Assembly (NCBI GenBank): GCA_028534125.1
Contig: CM052832.1
Coordinates: forward strand, 9,860,001 to 9,924,000
DNA from: Lama glama
Taxonomy: Eukaryota
Length of the DNA: 64,000 nucleotides
Direction of reading: 5' to 3'
In this document: positions 47,478 to 60,299 of the stretch, piece by piece
Layout of the letters: each line of letters starts with the position of its first letter
How positions within the stretch are numbered: position 1 is the first letter of the stretch
Translations under genes and position numbers: made by a program
Notes under the pieces: generated by a model
The model's input: only the letters and a program-made list of their open reading frames with translations
What the model was told of the DNA's origin: nothing
Database searches by the model: none

Positions 47478-48279
47478 CATTTCATTTCAACAATCCTTTC
47501 TAAGGCTTTTCTGGAAGCCAGGCCATGGGCTAGGTCTGGAGACAGGGAGATAAGACAAATTCACACCCACAGGGAGCCTGTAGTTTAGTTGGAGAAGAGA
47601 CAAGTGAACAGGGCTTTAGAAAACAAAGTGGTGAGGGCCTGGGGCTCCTGGGGACACAGGACAGGCCTCTGGTGCTACCTCCTGGGCTGGTGGTGGTGGT
47701 GGTGATGGACAGCAGCCTCTGTCCCCTCCCCTCCACCCCCCAGTAGTAGGAGTAGCAGGAAGAACCAATGGCGGGGAAGCAGAGAGATCTGGCTTGAGGA
47801 GGGGAGGAAATGAAAGAGAACGGAGATAATTGTTCCCGTTTGACAACTTTTTCTAATTAGGGACCAATTATATCCTCAGGTACCTAATAGGGTTCCTGGT
47901 AGCTTCTCTAATTTGCTAGGTAATTACTGGCCAATAATTTTACAGGATGAAATTTGGGGAAGAAATATGTTATTACAATATTTTGGTCTTCTCTGTGCTG
48001 GGCGTTTTGCCCAGAAAACAAGCTAGGTGATCTGAGCTCTCTCTTCTGCCTCTAAACCCCATCCCTCGCTTTCCCCCGGTGGCCTGGCCCTCCTCATGCT
48101 GTCCACTGGTCTGTGTCCTCTTCCTGGTGCCTGAGCTCCAGGAGCTGGCAGTCCCGTTGGAAACCATCAGCCAACATCACAGGGATATGGGGTCATCTAT
48201 ATTTTTGCCTCTGTAGCATCCAGCCAGCTTTTGGAGACATAGAATTACTGTGTCAGGAAGGGGACTCCTTTGAAATTTG

Positions 48280-49090
48280 AATTGCCTTGGCACCTTTGTT
48301 GAAGATAAATTGATCATGTATGCATGTGTCTATTTTGGGACATTCTATTCCGTTCCACTGATCTTTCTGCCAGTTCCATCAGTCTATCTGTCCCAGTGAC
48401 TGCAGACTTGTACATCAGATAGTGTAAATTCTCCAAGTTGTTCTTTTTCAAAGTTGTTTTGGCTATTCTCCGTCATTTTCCTCTATATATGAATTTTAGA
48501 ATCAACTTGTCAACTTCCATGTAAAAACCTGCTGGAATTTTGATTGGGCTTCCACTGAATCTAAGGATTAGTTTTGGGGAGAATCACTATTTTAACAATA
48601 TTGGGTTTTCTGATTCATGTACACAGTAGATCTTTCCATTTCTTTTAGTTCTCTCAGCAATGTATTTTAATTTTTCAGTGTCTTGAACATTTTTTGGTCA
48701 GATTTATGTAAGTATTTCATAGTTTTCAATGATATATGTTTATATATAAAAGTGTTTTTCTGGTAATTTTGGACTGACTAGAGCTTTATCAATTGTACTG
48801 ATTTTGCTTAAGGAATCAGCTTTTGTTTTCATCCATTTTCTCTATGGTTTTTTTCTTCCTAGTTCATTGCTTTCTGCTCTGATTTTTATTATTTCCTTCC
48901 TTCTGCTTATTTCGGGTTTCACTTGCTTTTCTTTTTCTGACTTCCTTAGGTGGGATTTCTGATATTGATTTGAAATCCTTCTTCTTTTCTAATAAAGGCA
49001 AGTAGTGGTATAAATTGCCCTCTAAGTCCTGTGCTAGCTGCATCCTACAAATGTTGACATGTGTTTTCATTTTCGTGCAGTTCAAAATCT
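48280..49090 (-). mobile_element. Old L1 (L1M-type) ORF2 fragments
   Basis: T-rich L1 antisense signatures (TTGCCTTGGCACCTTTGTTGAAGATAAATTGA, TTGTTCTTTTTCAAAGTTGTTTTGGCTATTC); minus ORF 48864-49205 partly resembles ORF2p. Confidence 0.75.
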
Positions 49091-50404
49091 TTCCCGGAGT
49101 GTGGTGGTGGTGACGTTGGGAAACCACAGGAGGACCTCCTCCCTCCTGACCCCGGGCAAGCGGGCGTCCAGGCCCAGGACTGTGGGCCGTGCTTCCTGCC
49201 CACACAGCCCCACGGATGATGCTCTGCCTTTGGCAGCGAGCCTGTCAGCCCAGGCTGGATCCAGAGGGGCAGCAGCTCAGACTCCCAGAACTGACGGGTG
49301 CCTGGCTGAAAGGATGTACCGTGAGGAACTTTCAGAGGCTGAGGGCTCATTGTAAGACAGCCAGGAACGTGCAGACACAGACGGGTAGTCACTCAGGGAC
49401 TCCGAGCTTCCAGAACTAGAATGTGTCAGCAGCCTGTATGAAAGTGGTGGCCTTTGCTCTTCCCAAGGGAGAGGATCTGATGGGGCCGGTGGCCATTGTG
49501 TCTGTCACTTACCTGTTTGTCTTCAGATCCAGTCCCTGCCTTTCCTCTGCTCTGCGTCACAGGGACAATGAGCCTCGCCGCCTGCATTTCTCGGGCTTCT
49601 ACCTCAGCCGGTTTCCATCTGAGTTCAGCTGGTGGAGGCCGCTGCAGGGTGGTGGTAGGACAGAAGTTAGGGAGAGTCCAGGGTGTCTGTTTCCCTCTCT
49701 CTTTGACTGGGGTGGCTCCTCCAGAAACAGCTGTGTCCCCTCTGTGGCTCCTCCTCCCCAAGACAGCCTTATTTCGTGGGTGCAGCTTCAGCAAGGCAGC
49801 CCCTGGTGTGGGTCAATTCCTTCCACATGGCCCTGACTTCTGGAAACCATCAACATCCCTAACATCACCTCCTCCTGTTTTCCCTCCATCCCTTCCCAGC
49901 CTGGCTAATCTCCGGGGCTCCTCACCACCCTCATTCGCTTCTCCGTTTTTCCATGCCCCACTAAACCCATTCCCTGTATGAACCACCCCAACCCCAACTC
50001 CCGCAAGGACACATAATTTGGAATACTCTGAATTTTCATAACTGGTCCCAACTCATAGAGCCATCATCCAAAATGGAGTGATCCTTCGGCCAGAGTTTTG
50101 GGACAAGACCCCAAGTGATGGCTGGCTTCTTTCATGGCTCAGCCATCCATCCCTGGTCCAACCAGCCATGAGCAAGTTCAGGGCTGCCACATACAGTCCA
50201 CCTTCAAGGGGGACCATTCACACGGAGTCAGTGTGAACAGTGGCCCCTAGTGGTTTTCAATGGGAAGCACTTCTCTGGGCAATCAGGCTGGTTTCACTCA
50301 ATGTACCAGCAAGATGCAGAGCAAGTTTTAGTAGCAAGAGCCACTTAAAAGGGCCCTCTCTCCTTAGGAGGTGGGGTGTGTCTTAAGCATCTCTTTTTCT
50401 TTTG

Positions 50405-50970
50405 TCTTCCCAGTAACCTTTCTCTCCTTCTAAAACAATATCCTGGTTTTGGGGAACTGCTCCTCTTCCCCTCCATGTGGTTCTAATGAGGCTCTCAATT
50501 ACCAAAGCCCCCTCCCAACAGGAGTAAACAGATGACCCAGGCCGATCGATCAGTGTATCCAATGCTCCTGGCAACAGAGATCCATCTAGAGGATGGACGT
50601 GCAATCCCAGAGAGCCATCCTGAGTCCTCTCCTGGGATTGCAAAGTCCTTTTTCCCACTGGGGTTGCTGGCACCGCTGATTCCTATCCACCTTGCTCTCC
50701 CCCTATCCAGCAGTGGGGAGGAGAACTGTCTGTAACAGGAGGCACTGAGGCCAACATACAGGGAGTTACAGAGCTGAGACTGAAGAAAGGAGAGGGAGAG
50801 AATCCTGGTAGCACTGGGTCCCCAGCTCCCACTGATTGCTGAAGACCTTTCTTTAGTTTTTCAAATACTAGAATGTTCCTTCCAGCTATGTGAGCCAATA
50901 AATTCCTTTTTTTTTTTTTTTTGTTTAAGTTGGTTTGCATAGGGTTTCTGTCACTAGCATGGCAGTCACA
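50405..50970 (+). mobile_element. Old MLT1 (K/L-like) solo LTR
   Basis: TTTTGGGGAACTGCTCCTCTTCCCC...ATGTGAGCCAATAAATTCCTTTTTT...GTTTAAG...GGTTTCTGTCACTAGCA. Confidence 0.65.
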
Positions 50971-51074
50971 GAGCTCTCTGGATTCCTGGCCAGGAAAGTG
51001 AGGCTTTGGGGCACACTCTCCATTCCTCTCACAAAGCAACTAATGTCATGAGAAGGGAAATAGATCAGTCAGTA

Positions 51075-52170
51075 TCTTTTCTTTTTTCTTTTCCTTTTTT
51101 TTTTAAAGATTCCACATATAAGTGAGAACATACAGTATTTGTCTTTGACTTACTTTACTTAGCATAATGCCTTTAAGTTCACAAATGGTAGGATTTCCTT
51201 TTTCGTGGCTGGATAATATTCCATTATATATACCACAACTTCCTCATCCATTCATCCATCTATGGACACTTATGTTGTTTCCATGTCTTGGCTATTGTAA
51301 ATAGTGCTGCTATGAACATGGGGGTGCATGTGTCTTTTAAAGTTAGTGTTTTCATTTCCTTTGGATATAGTCCCAGAAGTAGAATTGCTGGATCATATGG
51401 TAGTTCTATTTTTAATTTTTTGAGGATCCTCCATACTGTTTTTCTTACTGGCTGCTCCAGTTTACAATCCCACCAACAATGCACAAGGGTTCCCTTTTTT
51501 CCACACTCGTGTCATCATTTGTTATAGCTTGTCTTATAGATGGTGACCATTCTAACAGGCGTGAAGTGATAGCTCGTTGTGGTTTTAATTTGCATTTCCT
51601 GAATGACGAGTGATGTTGAGCATTGTTTCATGCACCTGCTGGCCCACCTGGAAAAATGTCTCTTCTGGTCCTTTGCTCACTTTAAAATTGAGTTATTTAT
51701 TTCTTTGCTATTGAGTTGTATGAGTTTTTCATAGTTTGGGAATATTAACCTCTTATCAGATATACGGTTTGCAAATATTTCTCTCCCATTCCACTGGTTG
51801 TCTTTTCACTTTGTTGATGGTTTCCTTTGCTGTGTGGAGGCTTTTGGTTTGATGTCGTCCCACTTGTGTATTTTTGATTTTGTAGCTTGTGCTTCAGGTG
51901 TCATATCCAAAAAGTCATTGCCAACACCCATGTCAAGGAGCTTTATTCTTATGTTTTCTTCTAGGAGTTTCATAGTTTCAGCTCTCACAGTTAAATCTTT
52001 AATCCCTTTTGAGTTAACTTTTGTGAGTGGTGTAAGACAGAGGTCCAGTTTCATTCTTTTATATGGAAACATTCAATGATCCCAGTACCATTTATTGAAG
52101 AGACTGTCTTTTCTTGAATTTTCTTGGATCCTTGTCAGATATAATTTGACCATAAATACTTGGGTGATTC
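51075..52170 (-). mobile_element. L1 fragment (ORF2 C-terminal region, degraded)
   Basis: Minus-strand ORFs [33 protein letters not shown]...[19 protein letters not shown] and KRMKLDLCLTPLTKVNSKGIKDLTVRAETMKLLEENI are recognisable L1 ORF2p segments. Confidence 0.9.
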
Positions 52171-52289
52171 CAACCACAGAGGTGCTGAGCACTTGAGTGA
52201 GCCTGGCATGTTATAGAAACTTGATAAAAATTTCTAACAACAGCTGAATGAAGATTAAACAGACTATGGAGCCTGGTTTATAGTAAATA

Positions 52290-52728
52290 TGGTGGCCAGT
52301 TTCCAAGATGTGTGAGACTCCAAGGCCAGGTCATAACAGACATTGTGGCTCCCATCTGGTTCTCTTGAGAACACTCATTGTGGGGAATTCAGCGGCCAAT
52401 GGTATGAGGACACTCAGACAGCCCTCTGGAGAGGTGTGCCTTCAAGGGGACATTAACTGAGGCCTCTGTTAATGGCCAGCACAGACTTGCAGCTGTGTGA
52501 GGGAGCCACTTGGAAGTGGAGTCTCCAGTCCCACCAAGCTTGCAGATGACTGTAGCTCTGGCCGACACCTTGACTCCAGCCTCACAGAAGACCCTGAAGC
52601 AGACCCACCCAGCTCAGCCCCGTCCTAATCCCTGACCCACAGAAACTGTGCAAAAGAATAAACGTTCATTGTGGTTTTAAGTTGTTGATTTGGGTCTACT
52701 TGTTACATAGCAGTAGATAACAAATACA
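52290..52728 (+). mobile_element. MLT1 (ERVL-MaLR) solo LTR, MLT1F/G-like
   Basis: GAGCCACTTGGAAGTGGA...CAGATGACTGTAGC...CCTGACCCACAGAAACTGTG...AATAAACGTTCATTGTGGTTTTAAG...TTGTTACATAGCAGTAGATAACAAATACA. Confidence 0.85.
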
Positions 52729-53156
52729 GTACTTATTCACTCAGTATGAATCCCTTCTTCTTTCTGGCAAGACCCGTCTCTTCTGCACTACCCTCTCCAC
52801 CACGTGAATCTCACTTCCCAGAAATGCTGCCAGCAAAGTCTTAGGATGTGTGGATCTGCTGTCTTGTATAAAGACTCTGTGCCATCCAAAGGAGAGAAGA
52901 ACTCAGAGTGAGGCTTGTCCTCAGAGGCATCAAAATCCCATGTCCTCTTCGGGACACAAGTTGTCACACAGGGTGGTGTAAAAGGAAATATGACAAGCCA
53001 GGCACTGGGAGAGCTGGGTGCTTATCCAGCCAGGGTGCTAACCGGACTTGGGATCTTGGCTAAGTCACTGAGCCTCAGCGTTTCCTTATATAAAACGAAG
53101 GGACAGGACTGGATAACCCCCTTGCTTCTTCCCATTCTTATGTGTGACTCAGGAAT

Positions 53157-53305
53157 ATATCTACATCTACATCTGTATGCACATCATCATCTACATCTAC
53201 ACCATCTGCCTCTGCCTCTGCATCTACATCCACATCATCTACGTCTGCATCTACATCTGCATTTACATCTAAATCATCTACATCATCTACATCTATATCT
53301 ATCTA
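53157..53305. repeat. Degenerate (CATCTA/CATCTG)n hexamer repeat
   Basis: CTACATCTACATCTGTATGCACATCATCATCTACATCTAC...; it generates the His/Leu-rich pseudo-ORF. Confidence 0.9.
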
Positions 53306-53460
53306 ATCTTTTCTTGAAGTGCAACATTTACACACAAATTGCACACATCATAACTGTACAGCTCAGTGAATTTTTACATGCTGAACACATTCATATAAGC
53401 TGCACTCAAATAAGATATAGAACTTTACCAGCCCCTTGGGAAACTGCACACCTCCTCCCA
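53306..53460 (-). mobile_element. L1ME-like 3' end fragment next to the (CATCTA)n repeat
   Basis: TTGAAGTGCAACATTTACACACAAATTGCACACATCATAACTGTACAGCTCAGTGAATTTTTACA. Confidence 0.6.
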
Positions 53461-53689
53461 GGCCTACCTCTTAAGATAACAAAGAGAAAGTGTAACGGGA
53501 AAGAGTAATTGACTTGGATCAGGTTGGTCTGTCTGCCGGTCACTGCACACCCATTACAGGTGACTGGGCCCACCTGTCTCTTCAGGCCTTACTGGTGAAG
53601 AGCTCTCTAGCTCTCTGTCTGTTGGCATCTCCACCCCTTTTACTCCTTCCTTCAGCAGTTCAGTCAAGTGGCATGTGCCAGAATATTGA

Positions 53690-53927
53690 CACTCCTTTGG
53701 GAAAAGCCCTCAAGGAGGGTTTGGTGTATAAATACTTCAGCTCCCTCGAAGGCAGGATTGAGTGCTAGCTGCTCACAGTGGGAACCAATTTGATAACACC
53801 CTTTATTGGCTGCCTTCCCTCCCCATCTCACTCCCCACTCTCCTACTGATGTTTCCTGGAATCCCCTCCTAAACAAACGTACTTGCACTCAAAGCCTAGT
53901 TTACAGCCTGCTTCTGGGGAAGTCAAC
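53690..53927 (+). mobile_element. LTR16/LTR33-like ERVL LTR fragment
   Basis: CCCTTTATTGGCTGCCTTCCCT...TTCCTGGAATCCCCTCCTAAACAAACGTACTTGCACTCAAA...CTGCTTCTGGGGAA. Confidence 0.65.
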
Positions 53928-54312
53928 GTGTGACCCAGTCTGGACAAAGATTTAAGGAGACCTGCTAGCAACTTCTTGAAATGCTTTTCCCCTCTCTGGT
54001 GAAAGATTTAGGAGAAGAATGTCTGTCTGTCTCTCTCTCTCTTTTTTTTTTTTTTTGTTCTGTGTGGATGCTGTGTGATCTTGATGCCTGGAGCTGTGGT
54101 AGCCATTTTGTGACAAGGAGGGAAGACATGGACCACATGCTGAGGATGACAGAGCAAAAGGATGAAATCCAGGCTCCTTGACAGTATCTTTGAGTTTCCA
54201 ATTTGCTTGAGATCACCTACCTCTGCAATTTTTGTTAAGGAGATAATGCATATCCTTACAGAATAAGCCATCTTTATCTGGGTTTTCTGCTGCTTGCAGC
54301 CAAACTCATCAA
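53928..54312 (+). mobile_element. Old MLT1 (J/L-like) LTR fragment
   Basis: GTGTGACCCAGTCTGG...GATGCCTGGAGCTGTGGTAGCCATTTTGTGAC...GGTTTTCTGCTGCTTGCAGCCAAA. Confidence 0.65.
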
Positions 54313-57124
54313 TTACTGGTAAAGGCCTTGTCCCAGAGGCGTTACCGTCAGAATGGACACTCCCCTCTCCCATATTGAAGCTCCCAGTCAGTGGCACCAG
54401 AGAGGGCTAAAAGACAGGCTTGGGGTGGACTGGGGTGGGTGGAGGGTGGCCACAGACTTGAACTCCACAGGTGACTGAGGACGTGGAGCTGAGGACCTAG
54501 GGTGCCAGAAGCAAAAAGGACATATGGGCAGCAGGTAGCTGAGGTCCCAAGGACGGGGGGTGGGAAGGGCAAGAGCCCATGAATCTGGCCAGGGTGAGCG
54601 TTGTTATTGTTATTATTATGAAGCATCTCAAGGCTCACACTCATCCTGGCCTGGCCAGGCCCCATTAATGGCCCCATAAATCCCAGCCATAAAGAGTAAT
54701 GGGGGGAGACAAATGAGATAATTAGGAATAAATCTCACCGAGGTCTCTATTCAGCAGCGTCCCTGGAACGGGCCAATCTTCCGAGCCATTAGCCGGGCCC
54801 CTAATTAATGCTGAGCTGCCCGGTGCTGTGGACGCTCCAGGCACGGGAGGGCCCCAGCGCCGAGGAGGGGCAATGCCGCTCCTGCAGCCCAGGCGGGTGA
54901 CCTTGGCACGAGCCCAGGGACGTGTGCCCACAGCCTGCCTGCCTCGAGTTTCTGCCTCCAGGGCCTTGGGGATGCTTTGTCTGCGCTGTCCTGATCCCTC
55001 TGCCTCGTGGTCTCTCCGCCTCCTTTCCTCCATCTTGCTCCATCTCCCGTTTACCTTCAATCTCTGCTTCTCTCTTATCAGACGGTCCCTGCGTCGATGA
55101 GCCATGGAAGGTCTGACTTAGCAGGAAGTGCAGGGGGCCACCTGTAACCACCCTCCTGCATCTGTCCTCCCTGCCACCAGTCAACACCAGCGCAGGGACC
55201 CCATCGACACCCCTCACCCAGAACAGTTCTTAGAACACACTCCCCCCCCCCACCACTGCAGTGCACACCCCTTGGGTGGTTCTCAGAGGTCTCTCTTGCC
55301 TGGGGCTGGGAGCTCTCTCCTTGTTATCCTGTCTGCCTCTAGGGCTTACCTCTGCCTGCTGGAGCCTGAGACGGAGCCTCACTCTCCTCCCAGGCTTCGG
55401 ATATTTGAAGGCCTTAGTCCACGACTTCTCTTCCTCAGCCAGATGCCCTGAACGGCATTAGACAACTTGTGTTTTCCAGCCAGGACTCCCTTACCCAGGC
55501 ACCTCCTCTGGGCCCACTCATAGTGACTTCTGTTGTTTAACCTGCCAGCCTCGGCCCTCCTTTTGGTCATAGCACCTCTACTTCTTTGGGAAATTTGACC
55601 ACATGGTTCTGGAGGTGGTCAGCCATGTCACCCACCCTCTCCGGCCACAGAGGCCTGGCCCAATGTAGCCCTCTGTCCCCTGACACGGTGACTAGCCCAG
55701 GGGTGGGCCTTAGCACTTTCCCTGGGCCCCCTGAGGTGGCAAAACTGAGAAATGCCAGGCAGATGCAGCATGTGAACATCTCTCTTTCCCACCTCTGAGC
55801 CCCGCTTCCTGACTGCACTAGGAGGGAATGAGGCTGTGACCCAGAGCCAGCAGGAACTGAGGGCTGTAGAGCGTCAGGGAAAGGTAGGAGAGCCAGGCGA
55901 GGGGCCGGGAAGGCTGGGAGGGGCTTTTCTCTGGAGGAGGTGGAAGGGGAGGGGAGAGCCGGGGCAATGGGGGGGGCGTGGCCACAGGCACCATCCCACG
56001 CTTATCTGCTTGCCATCCTAGGAAAGTTGGAATGCGACAAAGAGCATGAATATGGAGGGGACAAGGGGCCAGGCCTGTGACCTCTGTCCCCACTGCTGCT
56101 CCCACATGTGCCCTGAGGCTCCTGTCCCTGCTTTTCCCCCGCCCCTCCTTGCACGGGCCAGTCCTGAGAGGACCACACTCCTTCCCACTGCTCAGCAACA
56201 GGCAGTGTCTGCAGCAACTATCTTGAGAGCCATGGGGAGCAGCCCTGACTCCCCACCACCGCCTCATCTTCCCACGGGAGCTGGCAAAGGCCCGGGGCAT
56301 GGGGTGGCTTAAAGGTGTTCCCCTCCTGGCCCAGGAGCCATGGGATGTCAAGGCCTGACTCCAAGTTGGCCCAGCTCTGGGTAGGAGCACGGGGAATGCC
56401 AATTAAATGTGCCAGAGAACAGGAGAAGCTGGTGGAGGCTATGGAGGCAGGGGGGTGGGCCGACCACCCCTTCCCTCACAAGCCAACCCCTGGCTCAGCT
56501 GCTTGCTCTCGGGTTTGGCACACAGGACCACCCAGCAGTCACAAACAGTCCTGGCCAGGGACAACTCAGCCTGGCCTCGCCACCTTGCCCTCTCACAAAC
56601 GTGGTAATGCCTGTCTAGGCTTAGACACCCCAAGGCCTGGGGGTGGCCCTCAGGAAGTCTCCCGGGATGTGGGGGGGGCTGGTCTGCTGCTCCACCAATG
56701 AAAGGAAACCAGGCTACTTCCTTGGACGCGGTGGCAGCCATTAGATTTCCACTAGGCTCATTGCTGTTCCCTCGTACACGTGAGGAAACTGAGGCCCGGA
56801 GAGTGACAGCGACTCCTCCCCAGGCCCCACGGCAAAACCTGGCTCAGACCAGCTGGTTAGAAAGCAGAGACGGGGAGCCAGCAGGGATGGGCCATGGTGT
56901 GGAGGGGAAGGGTCCAGAGCCAGGGCTTGTCCAGGAAGGGTCTGTGGGCAGAGCTGGGGGGTGGGTGGCCTCTCAGGTAAATGCCATCTGCTTCTCAGCA
57001 GAGGTGAGGGCCACCTGGGCAAGGACATGGGAGGTGGGGAAGGCAGGGCAGGCGTGGAAAGAGGGGGAGCAACACAGGGATCAGGCTGAGCAGGGTGGCC
57101 GTGTGGGAGGCTCTGAAATGTGCA

Positions 57125-57240
57125 GCGTGTGAGCGCATGTGTGTGTACGCCTGGTGTGTGTGTGTGTGTCTGAGACTTTGTGGAATGTACATGAGCGTGT
57201 GGCTGTAAGGAGAGTGTGTGAGTTTGTGTGTGTGTGTGTG
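57125..57240. repeat. Interrupted (TG)n repeats
   Basis: Several TGTGTG runs. Confidence 0.85.
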
Positions 57241-59155
57241 CTGGTGGAGGCTGGCTGAATCCCGCCCCCGTCTCGCCCCGACCCAGCTCAGCCTCTCGGG
57301 TTTCAGCCACTGTCCTGCAGCAGGAAATCACTATTTGGACTGCAGAGGTGCCTCTTCCTGCCGGGCCCCCACGGAGGGGAGAGGCCGGGGAGGGGGCCTT
57401 CCTGCCCACCTGGATCAGACCTCGAGTTGGTCAGGAGCAGCCCCCACCACAGTCCTCCCAGCCACCCTAATGTCTCTCGGACACTAGCCTTGGAGGACCT
57501 GGGTTGAGTGGGGACTGAACGGAAGCCCTCCTACCATCGTCTGTCCCTCTGTGGACAAAAAGCCACAGCAGTGAGAGAAATGGATGCTCCCTGTGGCCAC
57601 GGGAGCTGCCTGGCACCCCTGCTCAGAGGCCAAAGTCACAAACGCATGTGCCCCGAGGCCCAACAATCCCACCTCCAGGAATATTCCATAGATACAGCTC
57701 GTTGGTACAAAAGGACTTGCTCATGCAGTCTTGCTTATAACAGGGAAATTAACGGAAGGGATTAAGCAGGAGCCAGGCAGCGGGAGCGTGGCTCAGCCTT
57801 CAGGGAGGCTCCAGGCTGCTCTTCGGCGTGCTGACTGGGAAGATGCCCAAGACATGAATGGTCAAGTGATAAACATGGTGCAAGGTGCATTCTGACGTTT
57901 TTGCAAAAAAAAGAAAAAGAAAAAGAAAATGACACATGTAAATGCTTAAATATGCATGGATTTAGACTTTTGAAAACTTTGTACTGTGGGCATGCAATAA
58001 CTAAGCAAAAAAAAAAAACTGAGAAAAATAAATGAATGTTGAGGGGCCAAGGAAGTGGGGCTTCTCTCCTAGTTTTGATTTTGACTTTGTGATTCTGGGG
58101 AGGTCACTTCCTCTGTGTCCTGAGTTTCCTATGTGGTCCAAGAGGTCAGAAAAACTTGTGTTGGCAGTGAGGCCTGTGAATATGTGTATGAGTCGGAGGG
58201 GGCGACAGGGGAGTCCTTCTCACCACCTCTTGTCACCTCCTCCTGTCACCCTGCAACGCACTCCCAAGGCCGTGGGCTGCTCCATCCTGTGGCATTCCTT
58301 AAGAGAGTTCAGGTTTCCTCTGGCCCTTTTTCTGAGCTGCTCCTTCCTTCTAGAATCCCTCCAGGCCACTCCACCCTTTATTCCTAGAAGCAGAGCCCAC
58401 CAACTTCCCAAGAGGTCTCCACTTTTCAGGGCCTTCTTCAAACATGTCCTCCCCTCAGGATAATCCAGGTCCAACCATGAGACATCCTCTCACTCACCCT
58501 GGACCCCTCCCAGCCTTCTCCAGGTCCAGGATGTGGTGGGGAGGGGCTCAGTCCAGACAGCCCTCCCCACCCTCAGCCTCCGTGCTCAGGTCTGCCCCTC
58601 CCCAGTGCACCAAGTGTGCTGGACACATGGCCTCTGAGGCTCCACCTCAGAGTCTTGGGAGTTTTCTTCTATCTCAGGCGCTCTGGCAATCAGGGGACAA
58701 CTGAGGCTGGGCCACGTGACCCCAACTCAGGCCAAACTCTCCTCCCAGTACAGCCCAGGGTACCCCCTGCCCAAGCACTGCTCTGCCACCGATATAGGCG
58801 TCACCCTATGCCTTGGAGCCATCACGGCCTCGAGAAGCTGGAGTCAGCAGGAGATTAATTAATCAAAACCCGAACACATCTGTTGTTAATTAATTCTATG
58901 CCAAGGCTTAACTCTTCCCTTTCTGGGCTGCTCCATCCCTCTGGCAGGAAGAGGGAAGTAACAGTGGGAAGTGGGTACCCCTCTTCCTTCTTTCTGTTAG
59001 TAGGGAATATGAACAAGGGAGGGGACCCCAGAGGCCAGGGAAGCTTCATTCATTTGGGGGCTTTATAGGGGGTTGTGGGGAATGTTTGCTTTTGAGAGTC
59101 ATAGTCCATGGCCATCACTCATGAGTCCTAAGGAAATCTGAGATGGACAAACATC

Positions 59156-59161
59156 TTTATT
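59156..59161 (-). terminator. MDFI: MDFI polyadenylation signal AATAAA
   Basis: TTTATT on + strand, ~520 nt past the MDFI stop codon. Confidence 0.8.
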
Positions 59162-59681
59162 TACAGCAACAAATAGAACAGACCCTCCCTCCATTCCCTC
59201 CCTCTCCCTTTCCAGTCTTTTCTATACTGGTTCCTCTCCCACCCACCCAGGCCCAAGTCCAGCCTTGCCCTCTCAGGTCACTGTTTGGGTGAGGCCCCCA
59301 CAAGATCCCAGGAGAGGAGATGAGGGAGGGGCTTGGCTGAGGTTGGGTGGGGTGTCTCTTTTCACATTTTGCTGTCCTCTAAGCTGGGGGGGCATGCAGG
59401 GGAGGCAGGCACAGGGGCAGTGAGAGGTAGAAAAGCGCACAGCCCCGGCGTCCCAGCCCCCACACATCCCTGCCCGATCCCCCCACTTTCACAGTGTTCA
59501 GCAGCCCTGGCAGTTAATTCAGGAGCGGTCCCCCCACCCCCAGGTCCTAGGTGCTGTTGTCCTGGGAAACCAGGGAGGAGGACAGGCAGCCCCCTTCACC
59601 GGGCTGGGTGGGTGGGAGAGGCCCAAGGGAGGGGCGGGCCAGCCGTGTGCGACAGCCAGGGATGCTGCTGGAGCCTGCGGG

Positions 59682-59938
59682 TCAGGAGGAGAAGCAGAGC
59701 CCGCAGCACTCCATGCAGATCTCCAGGCAGTCTGCTGATTCGCAGCAGGCGTCCAGGATGCCGCAGTCCAGGTCGCAGGGCAGGTCGCAGTCGGCGCACT
59801 CGCCAGAGCCGCAGCAGCAGCAGCAGAGGCATGAGTCCTCGGAGCTGCACGAACCGCACGTGGCGCAGTCCAGGACGATGTTGCACAGCGTCAGGAACTC
59901 GCAGAACAGGCAGGACAGGATGCAGTGGACGCAGCAGT
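59682..59938 (-). CDS. MDFI: MDFI last coding exon (Cys-rich I-mfa domain)
   Basis: Acceptor cccgcag|AC completes the Asp codon begun by the upstream exon; CCVHCILSCLFCEFLTLCNIVLDCATCGSC...CMECCGLCFSS; TGA at 59684-59682. Confidence 0.97.
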
Positions 59939-60299
59939 CTGCGGGCGAGACAGCCAGGGGCCGGGGACCAGCCACAGCGGAGTCACCAAGCGCGGGAATT
60001 ATGCTCATACAACACCTCCCACCCCGCTCCGTGAAAGGGGGAACCCACCTTCCAGGTGACAAGCCCGAGGCACAGAGTTAACGTGGAGCGAGGGTCTGAG
60101 CCCAGGTGGTCTGGATCCCAGTCCCGGTGTTAATGACCCTCAGGCATGTATTTAACGAACCCATAGAGCGATGATGTGTCCCAGGCACCATTGTTCTAAG
60201 TGTTGCATGTACATTCAATTCATTTAAACTTGCAATAACTCCTCAAGGTGGGGCTATATTAGCCTCTCTCTGTAGACGAAGAAACTGAGGCTCAAGAGA

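Noticed and set aside
52915..53508. 197-aa ORF with a His/Leu-rich segment resembling a metal-binding protein
   Set aside because: Translation of the (CATCTA)n simple repeat, flanked by MIR-like and L1 relics.
59333..60081. 233-aa and 176-aa + strand ORFs rich in Arg/Ser or Gln/Ser
   Set aside because: Antisense to the TGC-rich MDFI last exon; such codon bias suppresses stops on the opposite strand.
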